This document shows, one piece after another, positions 24,124 through 33,702 of a stretch of DNA of 64,000 nt. Source of the DNA: a virus; IMG/VR virus record IMGVR_UViG_3300046777_002658, positions 64,001 to 128,000 of that record. One strand, written 5' to 3'. Positions within the stretch are counted from its first letter, which is position 1. Every line of letters starts with the position of its first letter. The translations under genes and the position numbers were made by a program. The notes under the pieces are model-generated. The model was not told the origin of the DNA. It did no database searches and worked only from the letters and a program-made list of their open reading frames with translations.

Positions 24124-25239
24124 ATGAGCATTCACTTTCTAGTTACCTTTAGCTTATTCTGCTGGGTAGTCTTACACCTAGCTAGGCATTCTTTGATAAC
24201 TCCTTATATAGCCGGGGGAGCAGCCATGACTCTGTGTTCCTACTTTCAAACCAAAGCAGTAGTCTTTCTGGTTGCCGTAGTCCTTGCCTACTTCACTGTT
24301 TATCTCCTGAATGAGGATGTAGACCCCAACCAACTGTTAGTAAGAGATAGAGAGAGTGCGGCTGCCCTGACAGAGGAGATAGGTGGCAACATTAAAGTAG
24401 TGAAAGTAGTGACTTTGCTACTGTTCTGCTTCCTACCAATCCCCAGCCCTCCTGGTTTTATTACAGGAATACTCCCAGTAGTGATTATCTCTTTGCTGAT
24501 ATTCCTCAACAAGGATGCAGGGAAAGGCAACCTGGTAGGTTATCTGGTTTTGGTTATGGGAGCAGTAGGAGGAGCCAGTTTTACTCTATGGTTAGTCAAA
24601 ACCTTCCTACCAATCCAAGTGAGTGTAATACCAATATTAACCGGGCTGGCTATCCCTTCCTTGCTGGGCTGTGACCCACCACCTACCAAGAGCTTGAGAG
24701 AAAGAGGGTTGAACTCCCCACCAGGGATAAACAACATTCTGTGGACATTCCTGCTCACTTGGGTAACACCAGGTTTATCTCTGAGTGCTACCACGTCTGC
24801 GCTCATAGCTCCTGGTGCTTACAGGTTAGTAATTGCTAACCTAACTTCTGTAGCTATAGAAGGCTGGAATCTAGGTCTGTTGTTTAGGGATGGGAGTTCT
24901 ACTAAAACTCCTCTAGGAGACTTATTACTCAGACCAGACCGCTGGTATCAAACCCCAACCTTGCAAGTTTCAGGAGCGGGGCTGGACCACCTGTTCTTTG
25001 TAGTCCTGCTGGGAGTAATGCCAGCGGTCGCAATGTACCTCTGGTGTAACTCAAAGTTTGAGCCAGACCCTTCCATAATCATTGTGGTGATGCTATTGCA
25101 GTCTGCCGTGATAGCAGGTTGGTCATCCTTAGTTTTAGTACCTCTGGGATTTGGGTTTGCTATATTGCAGATGGCGTTGATGCCAAACTATTCAGAGATT
25201 AGAAGCTTGACTATCATGGCTCCAATGCTTGTACCTTAA
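24124..25239 (+). CDS. Multi-pass membrane protein, tentatively TctA-like (track start 24064)
   Basis: Many hydrophobic segments; VIPILTGLAIPSLL and TPGLSLS recall TctA-family motifs. Confidence 0.5.
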   Translation: MSIHFLVTFSLFCWVVLHLARHSLITPYIAGGAAMTLCSYFQTKAVVFLVAVVLAYFTVYLLNEDVDPNQLLVRDRESAAALTEEIGGNIKVVKVVTLLLFCFLPIPSPPGFITGILPVVIISLLIFLNKDAGKGNLVGYLVLVMGAVGGASFTLWLVKTFLPIQVSVIPILTGLAIPSLLGCDPPPTKSLRERGLNSPPGINNILWTFLLTWVTPGLSLSATTSALIAPGAYRLVIANLTSVAIEGWNLGLLFRDGSSTKTPLGDLLLRPDRWYQTPTLQVSGAGLDHLFFVVLLGVMPAVAMYLWCNSKFEPDPSIIIVVMLLQSAVIAGWSSLVLVPLGFGFAILQMALMPNYSEIRSLTIMAPMLVP

Positions 25240-25313
25240 AGGAGATTGTATGACTGAAGTAACAAGAGTTAATAAATCACTGATGATTTTAGAAAACAAA
25301 GGAGCGCAGCAGT

Positions 25314-25812
25314 ATGAGTATTAAATGGATTCTAGTTGATGCTAACAATCTACCAGAGGATGAGGTAATAGCTATTGATAAAGAAGGGCACATAGTGGTA
25401 GGATTCTTTATGCCCTCTTCACGCTCTTATTCCCCCCCCTCATCAACTTGTTGTTGCAGTACAAGATGATGAAGGGAGAGTGGTGAAAGATGTACACTCC
25501 TTCATACCTATGAAACATCTAACAAAGCTATGGAGAGAACAAAACCAGGTAGTACCAAATTACTACTCCAAAAAGAGTAAAGCTTACGAGATTCTCTCGT
25601 GGCATATGGAAGAGGGTGTGCTGAAAGAACCTTGGAACTCTGGACTACTAGAGTGTCCTTTAAAGGCTACTAAGCTTATAAGGTGTTTAGCCAATTCTAT
25701 GGTTCTTAACTACTTCATTTACCCATCCAAAGCAAAGCTAATAGCTGGCGATACGCAAATAATGGATGAGCTTGTCTACTGGCTAAAAGAATACATTGCT
25801 GCTAATAAGTAA
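25314..25812 (+). pseudogene. Frameshifted paralog of the 23258-24013 C-terminal half
   Basis: ORF 25314-25469 (KWILVDANNLPEDEVIAI) and ORF 25480-25812 (QDDEG upstream in frame ... DELVYWLKEYIA) join if one base is removed; a C8 run lies at 25432-25439. Confidence 0.65.
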
Positions 25813-25930
25813 AATAAAGAGGGCTGCCCCTCTTTATTTCTATAAGCTATAACCTCCCAATCACATTACAATAACTCTCCACCACAGAACTAGCAGTAAA
25901 CGCTTCCAGAGAGTTGTTAAAGAAAAAACA

Positions 25931-26188
25931 GTGACCTTTACAGCAGAAAATTTTGTAGAAATGGAAAAAGCAAAACTAAAAAGCGGGACTGGCTATTCTT
26001 CTAAAAAGACTTTCTATTACCATGTCTGTAAAGGAGAAGACCAAGAGATTACTTTTAACCAAGAGGATTTAGGAGAGGCAGTAGAGTTAAGCAACATCTA
26101 TTCCAATCTTGGAGACTTTGAAGAAGAGCCTTCTCTTAAAGATGTAATAGAAAGACTATTAGAGCTAGAAAGAGGCTATGAAAGTTAG
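25931..26188 (+). CDS. Hypothetical protein (85 aa)
   Basis: ORF only. Confidence 0.6.
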   Translation: MTFTAENFVEMEKAKLKSGTGYSSKKTFYYHVCKGEDQEITFNQEDLGEAVELSNIYSNLGDFEEEPSLKDVIERLLELERGYES

Positions 26189-26375
26189 AGGAGTCTAACA
26201 TTTAAAGAATGGATGGAGCAAGAAAAAAGAACAAAGAAAGTATATCAACAGAGAGCTCAAACAAGCTCTCCTTTTCATTTTTAAAAAAGATAAGGTGCAC
26301 TACTACAATGATCTAATTAAAAGCTACACAGTCAATCACTAACAAAGCAAATGATAAAGAAAATAACAAACAAAG

Positions 26376-26798
26376 ATGGCACGCGCAACACTATATACAG
26401 ATGGTTCAGGATTAGGTGGTTATGGAATCTATGGAGTCAGTGACCACGGCAGGATAGAATGTGGGGGCAGGTGCGAATACAGAGATTCTGTAGCTTGCGA
26501 ACTGTATGCTATTCTGGAAGGCATCAGAACCTGCCTAAACCAGTGGGGGGAGAACATTGACAGAATTTTAGTCCACTCAGACTCCCAACAAGCCCTCAAA
26601 TTAACTAAAAATTCTTTCAGAAACAAGCTGTCCCCCAGAGAAGACTTAAGAGAACTCCAAAAACACTTTCAAGCCCTGTCTAAACAAGTGAGAGTAGACA
26701 TTCGCTGGGTGCCTGGACATCAGACAGGAAACTCTACAGAAGCTTACCTCAACAGGAAAGTTGACCAGATAGCATCCAGACACAACAGAGCAGCATGA
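26376..26798 (+). CDS. rnhA: Ribonuclease HI
   Basis: LYTDGS, CELYAI, HSDSQ, WVPGH, NRKVD: all catalytic carboxylates present. Confidence 0.9.
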   Translation: MARATLYTDGSGLGGYGIYGVSDHGRIECGGRCEYRDSVACELYAILEGIRTCLNQWGENIDRILVHSDSQQALKLTKNSFRNKLSPREDLRELQKHFQALSKQVRVDIRWVPGHQTGNSTEAYLNRKVDQIASRHNRAA

Positions 26799-26889
26799 CA
26801 AAAGTTTTTCTCTGGCTTTAGACAGCCGAAACAAACAACCAATGCACAACATCCCTTCCTTCCTTGCATAACTTTAGTCTTACCTGCAA

Positions 26890-27100
26890 AGCCAACAAGC
26901 TTTAGACATGACAAATCACCCTCAAGTTCAAGTGACTTTAAGAGTGTCTAAACCAAGCTAGTTGGCTGCTCTGCTATTGATGGTAATTTACTGAATCATG
27001 TCTTCAGCGGGAGACTAAAAGTGGCCTTGGCTCTCACCCAGCGTCACTCGACTGTTAGATAAGTTGACCCTTGAACTGTCATGCACTTGGTCTCCGCCTG
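26890..27100. ncRNA. Candidate structured non-coding RNA
   Basis: Long stems 26891-26908/26945-26966, 26991-27007 and 27007-27023/27084-27097 in a region with no convincing ORF. Confidence 0.4.
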
Positions 27101-27293
27101 CAATGTTAAGGTGGTCTGTCTATCTACTCTTATTGTACCCTGATTAACAAAAAGAAAGAAATAATTTCTAAAAAAGTTTGACAGCCGACCTCAAAACACA
27201 ACTTTATTATTTCTTAACAATCTCTGTAAAGCCTGCTGCGTAAGAGTTTGAGAGGTTAGATAAAAAATATTTAGAAATTCTTTGGAAAAACAC

Positions 27294-27322
27294 TTGTCAT
27301 TATTGTTTTATTACTGTATGAT
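27294..27322 (+). promoter_or_regulatory. Host sigma-70-type promoter
   Basis: TTGTCA, 17-nt spacer, TATGAT in AT-rich DNA. Confidence 0.6.
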
Positions 27323-27614
27323 GATAGTAGAAGAACTAAATATAGATTAAACCTCTAAGTACAGAGCTGGTATAGAAAATGACTAAACATACCCTATATC
27401 CCATCTTCATTATTTGAATTTTTTATTTGTACTTCTTAATAAGCTATTTAATACCCCTTGTTGTAAAACAAGGGGTATTTTAGTATTTAACCTCTTTCTA
27501 CTCTATCCTACCCTTTCCAAGAGGCGCTACCAAAGTTTATTTTGGGGACTAGTGTTATTATGCAAGAAAAGAGAATAGAGAGAGAGTAGTGAAACAAAAA
27601 GTATACTAGCGAGT

Positions 27615-28049
27615 ATGGTAAATAAGAAAGAAGCTGAGAGAAGTTTAGATTTAAAGAAAGCAGCTTTGATTGCTTTCAGGGCATGGAGATACAAAGGGTC
27701 TTTATACCTTAGAGTCGTGGAGCAGACAAATGGGTTAGCAGTCATTCTTTCGGATGTGTGTAGAGAAGATCACAAGATTAAAGAAGGGGAGGAGGGCTGG
27801 GCTTACAAGATGTGCGTCGGTTGGGGGAATTATTTGTTACCTCCTGGTCTTTTGCATTATGGAGGAGAGAGCTGGTTTAGTGATAAAGAGGATAGTTTAA
27901 TAAAATTGCTGACAGTGATCGCTCGTGAATGGTATGAACCCACAGTTGTTATACACTGTGAGGAGAATAGTTCTTCTAGAGAGGATGTATTAGAAGGAGA
28001 AGGGAGGGTGGCTTTAATGAGATACCTTGCTGCTTTTCGTCAGCGTTAA
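27615..28049 (+). CDS. Hypothetical protein (144 aa)
   Basis: ORF. Confidence 0.65.
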   Translation: MVNKKEAERSLDLKKAALIAFRAWRYKGSLYLRVVEQTNGLAVILSDVCREDHKIKEGEEGWAYKMCVGWGNYLLPPGLLHYGGESWFSDKEDSLIKLLTVIAREWYEPTVVIHCEENSSSREDVLEGEGRVALMRYLAAFRQR

Positions 28050-28259
28050 GAAGAGGAGTTGCTATGACTACAAGTTTTAGGAAACAAGAAAAAAGAATAA
28101 AGAAAGAGTCTAAGATTACTAAAATGAACTACAGCAACTAGCCCTGACACAGAGCTAGTTGGCTAATTGTCCATTAAAAGAGATAAAAGCTTCTAGGGAG
28201 CCGGCAGTCACTTTATGCCTGCTTGCTAGTTAATAGCCTTTAAAAAAAAGTTAAAACAT

Positions 28260-28299
28260 GGAGGAGCCGGCTTCCTAAAGGAGGAGCCGGCTTCCTAAA
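28260..28299. repeat. Tandem 20-bp repeat (2 copies) with internal palindrome
   Basis: GGAGGAGCCGGCTTCCTAAA twice. Confidence 0.8.
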
Positions 28300-28398
28300 A
28301 GAACTGAAGTCTGGCTTTGCAGAGAGTGGAAAAACTTTGAGATAGAAGGAGTAATCAGATAATGACTAGTACAAAGCAATTTAAACAACAGGAGATTT

Positions 28399-28773
28399 AT
28401 GAAAAGAGATTTAAGACGCCTGACTGAGTTAGTTAATGTAGTGCTGCCACAAGTAAAAGATGAAGAGTTTAATTTATTTTCATGGAAAAGCGAAAGCAAC
28501 TGCGGGACAGTAGCTTGTGCTGTTGGTCATGCTTGCTTACACCCACCTTTTCAAAAAGCTGGACTGTCCCTCTCTTTTTATGAGATTCCTTATCCAATAT
28601 ATAATGGTGTCACAGGTACATCTGCCGTAGCTCAGTTCTTTAACTTGTCAGCAGTTGAGGTAGAAGACTTGTTCTTTGTACAGTCATACCCAAACAGAAA
28701 GGACACCACTAAGCAAGAGGTGATGCAAAGGATTAAAGAGTTGCTGGCAACAAACAGTTCGTCAGAAAGCTAG
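28399..28773 (+). CDS. Hypothetical protein, CGTVAC family, copy 1
   Basis: CGTVACAVGH; AGGAG RBS. Confidence 0.8.
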   Translation: MKRDLRRLTELVNVVLPQVKDEEFNLFSWKSESNCGTVACAVGHACLHPPFQKAGLSLSFYEIPYPIYNGVTGTSAVAQFFNLSAVEVEDLFFVQSYPNRKDTTKQEVMQRIKELLATNSSSES

Positions 28774-29026
28774 AATAGTAACAAAAGGAGCTGTGTTGTG
28801 TTAGGACTAATTAAGGTAGTTAGAGATTGAAACAAAACAAGGATTAAAACAAAAAGGAGATTTTGTGATGATTTACTTAAACAGTGGAGACGAGAAAGAC
28901 CACAACCAGCCAATTAAAAGACCACCAGGTGGTAGATAGTAAAAAAGTGAGGGAGGTCGAGACCTCCCTTTTTGTTTCAATAAACTTAGTAATGACTTAA
29001 ACCTAGAGTTAAGAAAATAAGAGAAG

Positions 29027-29794
29027 ATGAATAACTTGATAATTCTTGGTGGCAGAAAGGGTAGTGGTAAGTCAACTTGTGGAGCTATTCTTGAGAAGAA
29101 ACTGGGCTACAAGCAGGTTAGTTTTGCCAGTAAGCTAAAAGAAGTAGTTGCTAAAGTGTATAACCTAGATAGGACTAAGCTAGAAGGCTTGACAGAGGAG
29201 GATAGAAAGTGGCGTGAGACTCCTTTGGTCAATTTGAGAGGAGAGAAAGCTATAAACCACCAAACCTTTTGGGAAGAAAAGTACAAAAACGCTATCCAAG
29301 ATGTTTATGGAATTGAGCTGACAGATTACTACCAAGACTGCCAAACTCTACAAAACAGAACTGCTTTAGATGTTTTTAGTGAGTTAAAATGTGCAGTTGA
29401 TAAGCTAAACAGGTATAGAGACCTCACTCCCAGACAGTTGATGCAGTATGTAGGAACAGAAGTATTTAGAACAATAAGCAAAAACACTTGGTGTGAAGCT
29501 TTAGGTAGAGAGATTGAACCAGACTTAGATGCTGGGCAGAAATTTGTAGTCACAGATGGCAGATTTGAGAATGAGGCGCTGTGGGGTAAATCTAAAGGTG
29601 CATTGATTGTTTTCATAAGTAGAGGACTAGAGCCTGAATACAATGATGAGCACTCTAGTGAGAACTTAAAGGAGTTTGAGCAGCTTGCGGATGTAGTTAT
29701 AACTAATAACTCAAGTGTAGAAGAGCTAGAAGGGTTTTGGGTGTCCTTCTTTTCATTAGGTAAGCAGAATTTAAGACAGCCTTTGATAGTATAG
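29027..29794 (+). CDS. Deoxynucleoside monophosphate kinase (T4 gp1-like)
   Basis: GGRKGSGKST, FASKLKE, TPRQLMQYVGTEVFR, VTDGRFENE. Confidence 0.88.
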   Translation: MNNLIILGGRKGSGKSTCGAILEKKLGYKQVSFASKLKEVVAKVYNLDRTKLEGLTEEDRKWRETPLVNLRGEKAINHQTFWEEKYKNAIQDVYGIELTDYYQDCQTLQNRTALDVFSELKCAVDKLNRYRDLTPRQLMQYVGTEVFRTISKNTWCEALGREIEPDLDAGQKFVVTDGRFENEALWGKSKGALIVFISRGLEPEYNDEHSSENLKEFEQLADVVITNNSSVEELEGFWVSFFSLGKQNLRQPLIV

Positions 29795-29879
29795 CAAGAA
29801 GGAAAGTTTAACTCTTTGAAAGGTGATGTTAACTAGCTTCTAATCTACTATCCTGTAAGAATTTAAGAAGAAATAAACT

Positions 29880-30677
29880 ATGGACATCCAAAAACTGAAC
29901 AGCGCGACAAAGTACCCTTCCATTTTGTCCTATCACCAGCATGGGCAGAAAGGGCTTCTAACAGAGAAGCTAAACTGTACTCCTCCCACTTGCTTTCACG
30001 CGCTTCCTCTGGGCTGCACAGAGAAGATAAACGGTAGTAATGCTAGAATCATCCTCTTTTTAGATAAAGACCAATGGAGGTTTGTTATAGGCAGCCGTGA
30101 GACTTTACTTTATACTAATGGCGACTTTTTACTAAGAGAAGAGTATAGTATTGTAGAAACCTTACAAGCTACAGCAGCACGACTGCAGAGACAAAAGGTT
30201 TATGCGTTCAATGAGAACGCCATCACAACCTTCTATTTTGAGGTGTTCGGTGACGCTTCTCAGCCAGAAAGTAAAAACTACAGCAGCTTTCATAATCCTA
30301 CTTTTAGATTATTTGATGTGTCTAGAGTAGATATAGACTTCTTTGAGAAACAGTCTATTGAGGAAATAGCTGCTTGGAGAGAACGCGGTGGTCAGCATTT
30401 CTTGGATGAGTTAGAGTTGCAACATATAAAGGATAAACTCTTTCTAAACCTAGTGCCTCGTAGATGGAATGTACAGCTACCCACAAGTATTGAAGATACA
30501 TATAGTTGGCTTCAAGAAATTATGCCTGAAACTCGTTGCTTGTTAGACAACACAGGTAAAGGTAAAGCAGAAGGAGTGGTGGTGAGGAATAGCGATCGCT
30601 CTTTTATCGCAAAGATTAGGTTTGAAGATTACGAGAGACACTTCAGAAAAATAGAACTACAGGGAAAGGGAAAATGA
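29880..30677 (+). CDS. ATP-dependent RNA ligase-family nucleotidyltransferase
   Basis: Motifs I TEKING, III FEVFG, IIIa FRLFD, IV EGVVVR, V IAKIR. Confidence 0.82.
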   Translation: MDIQKLNSATKYPSILSYHQHGQKGLLTEKLNCTPPTCFHALPLGCTEKINGSNARIILFLDKDQWRFVIGSRETLLYTNGDFLLREEYSIVETLQATAARLQRQKVYAFNENAITTFYFEVFGDASQPESKNYSSFHNPTFRLFDVSRVDIDFFEKQSIEEIAAWRERGGQHFLDELELQHIKDKLFLNLVPRRWNVQLPTSIEDTYSWLQEIMPETRCLLDNTGKGKAEGVVVRNSDRSFIAKIRFEDYERHFRKIELQGKGK

Positions 30678-31639
30678 GTAACACAAAAATCATCTACCAT
30701 AAAATAAACCAAAATACCAACTGTCCAGACGGCTATTCGGCAGCGTGGATTGCTCTTAAGAAATATCCTGATGCTGAAATAATAGGGTGGGAGTATCAGA
30801 CTGAACCACCCTTAACATCTGACAAACTAACAAATCTGTTCAAGTTATTAGTTAGAAGTTTTTCTAAGAATGTAAAACATCCTCAGAAAACTCTTATAAC
30901 CCCTGGAGACAGAATTGTGATAGTTGACTTCTCCTTCCCTAAAGAAGTTCTTGACTCTTGGGTGGCTATAGGTGTTGAGGTAATAGTAATAGACCACCAC
31001 AAGACAGCACAAAAGATGCTTGAAGGGTTTGCTGGTGGTATCCTGCGTTTTGACATGGAGAAATGTGGGGCTATGCTAACTTGGGAATACTTTTTCCCAG
31101 ACAAGCCAGTTCCAGAGTTTATCAAGTATGTCCAAGACCAAGACTTATGGCAGTGGTCTTTACGCTACTCAAAAGAGGTAAGAGAGGCTTTTGGTAGTCT
31201 GGGTAGAAACTTTAAGACCTTTAACTTTCTAGAAACTCTTTCAGGCGATGAGTTTGTAGAGTATATGCTTTCAATAGGAGAGCCACTTGTTAAGGCTAGA
31301 GAAGAAAAGGTCAAGGCGATCGCTAGTAGGCACAAGGATACATTTCTTGATGAGTATATTATCAAGGCTGTAGAGCTGACTGAAGATGAGCTGCCTTTAA
31401 CTTCAGATGTTTGTGCCTTCTTGTATAATCAGTTTCCAGACGTTCCTTTTACTGCTTGCTACAACTATGAGCCTCAGAACTTGCTGCAAAAGCTTCTGAG
31501 AAAAACTAAAACTGTAAAGTGGAGTCTGAGGTCTAGCAACAAGAATCCTAACGCTGTAGATGTCTCAGCCGTTGCAAAAAAACGGGGTGGAGGGGGACAT
31601 CACTCGGCAGCAGGTTTCAGTACAAAAGAAGAAAAGTGA
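30674..31639 (+). CDS. DHH/DHHA1 phosphoesterase
   Basis: CPDG, IVDFS, VIDHH, GGGGHHSAAGF. Confidence 0.92.
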   Translation: MSNTKIIYHKINQNTNCPDGYSAAWIALKKYPDAEIIGWEYQTEPPLTSDKLTNLFKLLVRSFSKNVKHPQKTLITPGDRIVIVDFSFPKEVLDSWVAIGVEVIVIDHHKTAQKMLEGFAGGILRFDMEKCGAMLTWEYFFPDKPVPEFIKYVQDQDLWQWSLRYSKEVREAFGSLGRNFKTFNFLETLSGDEFVEYMLSIGEPLVKAREEKVKAIASRHKDTFLDEYIIKAVELTEDELPLTSDVCAFLYNQFPDVPFTACYNYEPQNLLQKLLRKTKTVKWSLRSSNKNPNAVDVSAVAKKRGGGGHHSAAGFSTKEEK

Positions 31640-31752
31640 GTAAAGATTGTGTGCAGCAAGAGATAAAATTATCCTTGCCAGCACAGCAAAGAGCAAAGCT
31701 GAGTAAGCTATAATAAACTAAGAATTAAAAACTTTTAGTCTATACGCTATCT

Positions 31753-32304
31753 ATGAATTACCAAGAATACTCTCCACTAGCTCTACGCACCCTGTCCCCC
31801 TCTTTTGATGGTGATAGAGTGAGCGCAGAAGAGTTTTACAAGCTTGTTAAAGGTCTTAGTGTAAGCGGAGAGCTTATTACTCTATTTAAAAAAGCTTTGT
31901 TCTACGGTAAACCTCAAGAAGCTTTAAAAACTCCAGAGAGAGAAAAAAGCTTAACTTTTCACTTCCCACAGTTAAACAACTCAGACAAGTTTAACACCCT
32001 CCACGCTTTGTTAGGCTTAATAGGTGAGTCTGTAGAGTTGTTAGAAAATTTACTTGGTGGAGATGACTCTACAAACACTGTAGAAGAAGTAGGGGACTTG
32101 TTTTGGTTTATGGCGTTGCTGACCGAGACTAATAAACTAGATGCTGAAGTAATTTGGCAAGCTAATATAGCCAAACTGGCAGCTAGATACCCAAATAAGT
32201 TTGACAGTGAGAAAGCAGTGAATAGAGACTTAGAGGCTGAGAAGAAGGCTTTGGAAACTGCTCTAGACAGCACAGGCAGTGAACAATTGTCTCTGGCCTT
32301 ATAA
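31753..32304 (+). CDS. MazG-like nucleotide pyrophosphohydrolase
   Basis: GLIGESVEL, EEVGDLFWF, NIAKLAARYP. Confidence 0.85.
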   Translation: MNYQEYSPLALRTLSPSFDGDRVSAEEFYKLVKGLSVSGELITLFKKALFYGKPQEALKTPEREKSLTFHFPQLNNSDKFNTLHALLGLIGESVELLENLLGGDDSTNTVEEVGDLFWFMALLTETNKLDAEVIWQANIAKLAARYPNKFDSEKAVNRDLEAEKKALETALDSTGSEQLSLAL

Positions 32305-32388
32305 GGTACACTATTTCGTAAGCTAAAAAGGCTGGAAGTTAGCAATTAACTTCCAGCCATTGTTTTTCTAACACTAAACAAAACTACA

Positions 32389-32799
32389 ATGACAGAAACA
32401 ATGACGAACAGTTCGTTGACAACTAAAATTTTAACACTAGACGAGATTAGGACTGGCTTGGGTCTTCTTAAACCAGAAGACCAAATATTAAAAGTTGTGA
32501 AGCAAATACTAGAGTCAGACTTAACAAACTGGGAGAAAGCACAGGCTATAAAACAGATGAGGGGCTTTGGTTTTACAACAGAAGTTTTATTAGATGCTTT
32601 GTACAGCTCTCAGATGTACAAGGTGGCTATAGAAGCCTTCTACAAACCTAGAAGTGAAGACTTAGCCAAGAAAGCTAGAGATTGGGCTGTCCAGTTGGGT
32701 ATAGACCCTAGTAACATATTAGCCGCGCCAGTAAAGCTTGAAGCTGGAACTGTTACCTCTGATGTTACCACCTATTATGATAGGTTCAGAAACAGCTAG
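32389..32799 (+). CDS. Hypothetical protein (136 aa)
   Basis: ORF; palindrome copy in its 5' end. Confidence 0.7.
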   Translation: MTETMTNSSLTTKILTLDEIRTGLGLLKPEDQILKVVKQILESDLTNWEKAQAIKQMRGFGFTTEVLLDALYSSQMYKVAIEAFYKPRSEDLAKKARDWAVQLGIDPSNILAAPVKLEAGTVTSDVTTYYDRFRNS

Positions 32800-32870
32800 T
32801 TGACACTATTAAAAATCCTGAAGGTTTTATGAAGTGACAATTACTAATTAAGGTAATTGAGGATTGAAAC

Positions 32871-33065
32871 ATGAACAAAGACTCAGAAAATAAAACACTA
32901 AAGTCACTAAGCTTTGTCACCTCTCTTCTTGTAACTATAACTTGTGGTATTCTGGCAGCAAAAATTATAACAGGGCTAGACCAGCAAGAACAGTTAGTTG
33001 AATTAGTGTGCTTAATTTATGGTTTAGGAGCTTTAGCGTGTCACCTACTATTAGTAGATTATTAG
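32871..33065 (+). CDS. Small two-TM membrane protein
   Basis: GAGGA RBS; two hydrophobic stretches. Confidence 0.6.
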   Translation: MNKDSENKTLKSLSFVTSLLVTITCGILAAKIITGLDQQEQLVELVCLIYGLGALACHLLLVDY

Positions 33066-33113
33066 TAGTGAGCAAGCATATCATATAATACTTTGATATG
33101 CTTGGTAAAGCAA

Positions 33114-33187
33114 GCCTCTCTAGCTCAACCAGATAGAGCAGCGTTCTTCTAAAGCGCAGGTTGAAAGTTCAAGTCTTTCGAGAGGCT
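33114..33187 (+). tRNA. trnR-UCU: tRNA-Arg (anticodon TCT)
   Basis: Acceptor GCCTCTC/GAGAGGC, D stem GCTC/GAGC, anticodon stem GCGTT/AGCGC with loop CT-TCT-AA, T arm GAAAG-TTCAAGT-CTTTC; no encoded CCA. Confidence 0.95.
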
Positions 33188-33213
33188 TTTCCAGCAAGAA
33201 AAAAGAATAGGGT

Positions 33214-33702
33214 ATGTACAAACATACTTTTATTATGTTGCTACAACAAATCAAGCCTTTTACAGAAGAACAGGTTAGGAAAGTTTACCCCTTAGAGCAA
33301 GTAAAGGCTATCTTTGCTGGTGAACTAATAGCAGAGGGAAATGTTTACTGTGACTTTAGTGCCTCTTTACTAACAAATGACTATTTTCTTAGCGAAGCCT
33401 ACTTTATTGGCACAAGTGGAGCAGCTAGTCACACAGATGATGAATTTGCACAGTATGCTTATCATTTAGTGCTAGTTAACACAGGGTTAGTAGCTAAAGG
33501 TGTTAACCAACAAAACAACTTTGAACCACAAGTACCAGGTACAATCATCGTCTTAAACAATTGGGAATGGCATCACGCTATTAAAGACTCAAGAATTGGG
33601 ACTTCTGAAGATCCTATTTGGGTTTCTATTTGCTTTGATAGTGATTATGAGCTCACTGAAGAACAATTGATAAATATATTCAAGGAGTTTTTGAATGACT
33701 AA
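33214..33702 (+). CDS. Hypothetical protein, possible 2OG-Fe(II)/cupin fold
   Basis: SHTD...PGTIIVLNNWEWHHAI. Confidence 0.45.
   Translation: MYKHTFIMLLQQIKPFTEEQVRKVYPLEQVKAIFAGELIAEGNVYCDFSASLLTNDYFLSEAYFIGTSGAASHTDDEFAQYAYHLVLVNTGLVAKGVNQQNNFEPQVPGTIIVLNNWEWHHAIKDSRIGTSEDPIWVSICFDSDYELTEEQLINIFKEFLND

Noticed and set aside
26991-27007. Hammerhead core (CTGAAGA on the minus strand)
   Set aside because: No following stem II-GAAA arrangement; it is a simple hairpin.
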